Source: Patescibacteria group bacterium (GTDB taxonomy: Bacteria; Patescibacteriota; Patescibacteriia; UBA1558; GWA2-36-10). Taken from it: 58,197 nucleotides of DNA. The position numbers were made by a program, and so were the translations under genes. Below the pieces are notes generated by a model that did no database searches, had not been told where the DNA came from, and was given only the letters and a program-made list of their open reading frames with translations. The stretch covers positions 1 through 58,197 of the forward strand of contig JBAYIQ010000005.1 of assembly GCA_041665545.1 (NCBI GenBank), written 5' to 3'. Below are positions 52,495 to 58,197 of this stretch, piece after piece. Numbering within the stretch: position 1 is the stretch's first letter; the number at the start of each line of letters is the position of its first letter.

Positions 52495-52803
52495 TTAAAC
52501 GTTTAACTTCTCAACAAAGCGTCCTAAAATAGGCAGGCGCCAATATTTACCATGCAAAGTCTGGCTGATGCCACGCACGGCAAAATAAATTGCCAAAATA
52601 AATACTGGCCACAACAAAGGGAAAAAAGCGGCGCAGACTATTTCTAATAAAAACAAAAGTAGTCCCTGCTTGGCATGAAAATGCGCATAGGGCGAATGCC
52701 TTTTGAACATCAGGGGAAATAAGCATAAAATCCCCACATAGCTCATGGCCGCACTTACTTTGTGCTCCTCAACATCGTGCTTGTTTATTTGTATTTTTTC
52801 CAT
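52495..52803 (-). CDS. Small membrane protein, DUF4870-like
   Basis: 102 aa. The pattern AAMSYVGILCLFPL...HFHAKQG is as I recall for that family. Confidence 0.45.
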   Translation of the reverse strand: MEKIQINKHDVEEHKVSAAMSYVGILCLFPLMFKRHSPYAHFHAKQGLLLFLLEIVCAAFFPLLWPVFILAIYFAVRGISQTLHGKYWRLPILGRFVEKLNV

Positions 52804-52808
52804 AATTT

Positions 52809-53324
52809 TTACTTTTTATTTAATTTAAAAAATATTAAATTTATTATCGCTACCATAAACAAAGCCCAAATTGGCTCGACTAAAATATTGAGCCAAGCCC
52901 AGGCCTCGGGCATCATCATTACTTTCATAATAGCCACCAAAATACTAGCCACAATGACACCAGAAAAAGCCACGGCTACTATTTTTTCCCGATTCAAACT
53001 CCACTGGTAATAGCCCAAGTATAGCCACAAAAGTAGTACTAACAAACGATAAATCCAGGTCACAATCGTGATGGTCAAGATCGGCCAAAAATTTTTGATG
53101 CCCAATGACCAGAGCAGATACTCGCCTACCACCATAAGTAAAATAACTAGCAGAGAAGAAAAAACCCAACTAAAATTTCTCACATTTTTTGGCCTGAGTT
53201 TGACGACTTCTTCTTTAAGCTCATGCTCTATTTCTGGTAAGCCAAAATCTGCTACCCAAATCTCTTCGTGGATGGAAACAACTTTACCATCAATTTCCAC
53301 TTGCTCAATTTTTCCCTGCATCAT
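52809..53324 (-). CDS. Hypothetical membrane protein
   Basis: 171 aa with a soluble N-terminal part followed by four TM helices. Confidence 0.5.
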   Translation of the reverse strand: MMQGKIEQVEIDGKVVSIHEEIWVADFGLPEIEHELKEEVVKLRPKNVRNFSWVFSSLLVILLMVVGEYLLWSLGIKNFWPILTITIVTWIYRLLVLLLWLYLGYYQWSLNREKIVAVAFSGVIVASILVAIMKVMMMPEAWAWLNILVEPIWALFMVAIINLIFFKLNKK

Positions 53325-53361
53325 AGGCTTTTTTTACTTCTATATTATAACAGAAATTGCA

Positions 53362-53398
53362 GCAAAACCAAAACCCTCACTTTTCAAAATGAGGGTTT
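53362..53398 (-). terminator. Terminator after ORF 53418..55310
   Basis: Stem AAACCCTCA / TGAGGGTTT, followed on the minus strand by TGGTTTTG. Confidence 0.5.
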
Positions 53399-53417
53399 CA
53401 AAATATAGTGCTAAAAA

Positions 53418-55310
53418 TTATTGAGCAATTTTTGATAAGTCGCTATCAGTAATACCCAAAGATCTGAAGCGCATAATCTGATAAGCGGCCTCACCGTCTC
53501 TCATATAATAACGTTTACCGTCACTTGGATCGATGTACCAAGCCTCACCGCGGGATTGCACTTGAAGCACGATCTTACCTTTTAACCTGTTGGCCAATGC
53601 ATTATCACTACTCAAAACACCAGTTCCCAAAGGATTAGTGCCGGCCAAAATTTCAGCCCTATCACTGACACCATCACCATCGGTATCGGATTTATTTATA
53701 TCAGTGCCCAAGCCCTGCTCTAGTTTATTACCCAAACCATCACCATCAATATCATTATCACTGAAACGATCTTCAAAACCAATTGGTATTTTAGCTAAAT
53801 CATCATTAGTAATACCCAAGCCCGCCTCACGCATCAAACTATAAGCAGTAGTTCCGTCTTTTAGATAAAATCTTTTATCATCTTTGGGGTTGACATACCA
53901 AGCTTCGCCATGACTTTCGACCTGCAAAAGTATGCGGCCTCTAACTCTGCTCATTAAATTTTTATCCGCTCCTTGATTCATAATTCTCTCCTGTTCTCTA
54001 TTTTGAACACTGTTACCATTGTCGGCGACGCACACTCCCTCTTTATCACCGTGAGCCAAGTGAACAGCCAAAGCGCTTTGAGCAATCTCCAAAGTGTTTG
54101 TTTTACCATTGCCTACAACATGGCAAACTTTTATTTTATTATCAATCAAAACTCCGCCACCTAGAGTAGTGAAATTAATAGTAGTAGGATTGCCATATCT
54201 ATAGCTCACCTCACCAGCAACACCAGCAACTGATTTTACTTCGATGTAGTATTTTGTAAATGGTTGCAAATTATTTAAAGTAACCATACTGGCATTATAA
54301 TTTCCTGTGGCCTCGGGGCCATTCAAAACACCAGTATTAACCCAAGCCAAACCAGCCAAGGCGTCCGTGCTGGTTGCATAGCGATAATAACCATCACTAC
54401 TCATGTTAACTACTTGCCAATATACTCTGGCTGACTTTAGAGCAAGTTGATCTACTCTAGTTTTAGCAATGTCCAAGGCAGAGGTATAGTAACCCATGCT
54501 ACCAGGTACAAAGGTCAAAATCTTAGCTAGACCATACTGTGTGCCTAAAAATTTTCTGACTTGAATATAGTAAGTAGCCCCCGCCTCTAAGCCACTCAAA
54601 TCTACCTGGCTACCAAACATATTGCCAGTGACTTCTGGACCATTACTGACACCATCGCTGCGCCATGGTAAGTTGTTTAATTCACTTTGATTTTTGGAAT
54701 AACGATATTCCCCACTACTGCCAACACCAGCTCGCCAATATACACGAGTGACTGTATCTGAAATATTAGTAATTCTGCTCTCGGCAATGACTAAATATTG
54801 TGAGAAGTCAGTAATAGTTGGTGCACATCTAAAATTGGCCTGGCACCAAGAATTACTCTGATAATTAGAGGTATAAAGAGCACTGTCCGCCAGATCATGA
54901 ATGCCATCATTATTCACATCAAAAGTGCCCGCGCAACCAGCATAGAGCGCCACGTCGCTTAAATTTCGTGCGCCGTCATTATTTATATCACAAACAGCAA
55001 GACCAGTATCTGTGGTATTGCTAGAGGCCGTGGTGGCTGAACATCTAAAATTGGTCTGACACCAGGAATTACTCTGATAATTAGATGAGTATAGGGCATT
55101 GTCTATCAGATTGTGTACACCATCATTATTCACATCAAAAGTGTCCGCGCAACCAGCATAGAGTGCCACGTCGCTTAAATTTCGTGCGCCGTCATTGTTT
55201 ATATCACAAACAACTGGGCCGCTGTCAGCAGTGCCCGCTGGGGCAGTAGCCAAACTAAAACCTGGCAGAGCCATGGTCATCACCATCAGTGTAAAAAATA
55301 GTTTTTTCAT
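53418..55310 (-). CDS. Secreted multi-domain protein with dockerin-like and thrombospondin-type-3-like Ca-binding repeats
   Basis: 630 aa with a signal peptide. Two ~75-aa repeats each have two D.N.DG.....D loops. Two FN3-like segments follow. Also DNDIDGDGLGN...DTDGDGVSD, and two copies of a GEAWY..P.D.KR.Y..DG motif. Confidence 0.65.
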   Translation of the reverse strand: MKKLFFTLMVMTMALPGFSLATAPAGTADSGPVVCDINNDGARNLSDVALYAGCADTFDVNNDGVHNLIDNALYSSNYQSNSWCQTNFRCSATTASSNTTDTGLAVCDINNDGARNLSDVALYAGCAGTFDVNNDGIHDLADSALYTSNYQSNSWCQANFRCAPTITDFSQYLVIAESRITNISDTVTRVYWRAGVGSSGEYRYSKNQSELNNLPWRSDGVSNGPEVTGNMFGSQVDLSGLEAGATYYIQVRKFLGTQYGLAKILTFVPGSMGYYTSALDIAKTRVDQLALKSARVYWQVVNMSSDGYYRYATSTDALAGLAWVNTGVLNGPEATGNYNASMVTLNNLQPFTKYYIEVKSVAGVAGEVSYRYGNPTTINFTTLGGGVLIDNKIKVCHVVGNGKTNTLEIAQSALAVHLAHGDKEGVCVADNGNSVQNREQERIMNQGADKNLMSRVRGRILLQVESHGEAWYVNPKDDKRFYLKDGTTAYSLMREAGLGITNDDLAKIPIGFEDRFSDNDIDGDGLGNKLEQGLGTDINKSDTDGDGVSDRAEILAGTNPLGTGVLSSDNALANRLKGKIVLQVQSRGEAWYIDPSDGKRYYMRDGEAAYQIMRFRSLGITDSDLSKIAQ

Positions 55311-55509
55311 AATTTTTAGATAATTAATATTAAATTAATAAAAACCCTATGTATATTAATAGATTTGATATTTTTTACTATTCATAAATATAATTATAGC
55401 ATGATTTTTCGCTTTAGTCAATAAAAATAAGCCCTTTTTATTAATGAAGGACCTATTTTTTAACAAAATTTATTTTATCCCTCGATACGGCTCAAGATAT
55501 TTTTGAGTA

Positions 55510-57168
<1,659 letters not shown>

Positions 57169-57250
57169 TTACAAGTATAAAGTATAAAGTGATAGACTAT
57201 TTTTATTTTAAAATCTTTCTACTTTTTACTTTACACTTTCTACTGATTAA

Positions 57251-57526
57251 TTATTCGATCACCGCTAATAAATCGTCATGATTTAATATTTTGTGTTCCA
57301 CGCCATCTATCTTAATTTCTGAACCGCCGTATTCAGAAAAAACAACTTTTTGGCCAAGAACCAAATTTAATTTTACAATTTTTTCTCCACTGCCAATGGC
57401 AATGATTTCACCTTCTTGACGAGACTCTTTGTTGACTGTCTCTGGCAAAATAATACCCGCCTTGGTAGTTTCTTCTTTGGGTAATGGTTTGACAATCACC
57501 CTATCACCTAATGGTTTTAACTTCAT
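57251..57526 (-). CDS. groES: Co-chaperonin GroES
   Basis: 91 aa. MKLKPLGDRVIVKP...GIILPE. Confidence 0.95.
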   Translation of the reverse strand: MKLKPLGDRVIVKPLPKEETTKAGIILPETVNKESRQEGEIIAIGSGEKIVKLNLVLGQKVVFSEYGGSEIKIDGVEHKILNHDDLLAVIE

Positions 57527-57548
57527 ATTTTTTTATTAATTAATCAAA

Positions 57549-57575
57549 TTAGCACTCTCTATTTTAGAGTGCTAA
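57549..57575 (-). promoter_or_regulatory. CIRCE operator (HrcA binding site)
   Basis: TTAGCACTC-N9-GAGTGCTAA, a perfect match to the CIRCE consensus. It lies 23 nt upstream of the groES ATG. Confidence 0.9.
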
Positions 57576-57589
57576 TGATTTTTTGTCAA
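57561..57589 (-). promoter_or_regulatory. groESL sigma70 promoter overlapping CIRCE
   Basis: Minus strand: TTGACA (57584-57589), 17 nt, TAAAAT (57561-57566). Confidence 0.7.
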
Positions 57590-57612
57590 GATCACATGTG
57601 CCAAATAATATA

Positions 57613-57667
57613 GAAGGTCGCGCCAGCGACCTGAGCGTAGGCGAGCTAAGCTCGCCGAAGTCGAAGG
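57613..57667. repeat. REP-like double hairpin with a GAGCGTAG...GAAGTCGAAGG core
   Basis: GGTCGC-GCCA-GCGACC (57616-57631) and GGCGAGC-TAA-GCTCGCC (57640-57656). It is immediately followed by TTGACA (57668-57673). Confidence 0.75.
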
Positions 57668-57741
57668 TTGACAAAAACCAAGTAAAATGATTTCATTTCA
57701 ACTATAGTGAACAAAACCACATACCATTTGGGAGGTGAAAC

Positions 57742-57987
57742 ATGCGCGCCATCTACCACAAGAATCGTCTGATCAACGAACTCCATCGTCTCTTCTACGC
57801 CACCTGCGTCTGGGTCATGGACCTGCCCGACAATGTCCCCAAATTCCTGAGATACTCAAAGATGGAGCTCAAGGAGAGAGCTTCGAACACGTTTCACATT
57901 CTGCTCTTTTTCGGCGCCTATGCTCTGCTCGGCTTGATCGACCTCTTCCGTGGCCTGCGATACCGCCTTCGAGACAAGGTGCTGTGA
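57742..57987 (+). CDS. Hypothetical tail-anchored small protein (81 aa) in a GC-rich cassette
   Basis: GGGAGGTG has its GGAGG core 6 nt upstream of the ATG. There is one C-terminal hydrophobic helix (FHILLFFGAYALLGLIDLF), GC-rich coding sequence and a dedicated terminator. Confidence 0.55.
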   Translation: MRAIYHKNRLINELHRLFYATCVWVMDLPDNVPKFLRYSKMELKERASNTFHILLFFGAYALLGLIDLFRGLRYRLRDKVL

Positions 57988-58004
57988 TGCTCTTTCGACT
58001 TCGT

Positions 58005-58046
58005 GCCCTAGCTACCGATTACACACGGCGGCTGGGGCTTTTTTTT
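58005..58046 (+). terminator. Rho-independent terminator of ORF 57742..57987
   Basis: 13-bp stem (one mismatch, two G-U pairs) between 58005-58017 and 58026-58038, followed by T8. Confidence 0.65.
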
Positions 58047-58047
58047 C

Positions 58048-58071
58048 GACCCGCCGGGTGACCCGCCGGGT
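58048..58071. repeat. Tandem duplicated palindromic 12-mer
   Basis: GACCCGCCGGGT occurs twice in tandem. Each unit is self-complementary (ACCCG-C-CGGGT). Confidence 0.8.
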
Positions 58072-58197
58072 CGTCGCAAAAGAATCAAGAGCTTGGAATC
58101 AGCTGGACAGGTACTAGGTAGTTAATACCCATGTGCGTACGCTCATTGTTGTAATAACTTAAATACTTAATTAAAGCTTCTTGTAAGCTAACAAGAT

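Overview
By eye this is a low-GC (about one-third G+C), gene-dense, mostly minus-strand bacterial window. Its style fits a small-genome Patescibacteria/CPR-like organism. That placement is an inference from many short hypothetical membrane proteins, one 4143-aa surface protein, an intron-containing tRNA and native genes without Shine-Dalgarno (SD) sequences. Recognisable core genes are dprA, topA, a RelA/SpoT homologue, parB-parA, an M23 peptidase, xth, dnaG-rpoD, mscL, cca, ppsA and groES-groEL with a textbook CIRCE operator.

Five things stand out:
- **tRNA loci.** The cluster at 12.4-14.8 kb (Leu, Ala, Pro, CAU, fMet, Asn) and a tRNA-Ser at 47.7 kb are full of selfish or structured DNA. This includes a group I intron with an HNH ORF in the tRNA-Asn anticodon loop and two mini GIY-YIG ORFs. 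It also includes decoy copies of tRNA 5' ends fused to GC-rich hairpins, and a conserved ~90-nt structured RNA directly after the CCA end of three tRNAs.
- **GC-rich cassettes.** Several self-contained cassettes (hairpin, sigma70-type promoter, GGAGG SD, ORF, terminator) sit in the AT-rich, SD-less background. The largest encodes a YqiJ/NfeD-like plus flotillin pair.
- **Giant surface protein.** A 4143-aa protein anchored at both ends sits in an envelope gene neighbourhood.
- **Inverted-repeat element.** A ~110-bp intergenic element has an inner arm that ends exactly at start codons.
- **Redox cluster.** A NOX-like reductase, a cytochrome b5-like protein and a thioredoxin/DsbD-like protein lie together.

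I saw no rRNA, CRISPR array, transposase or integrase. All functional calls come from motif recognition by eye; no searches were run.
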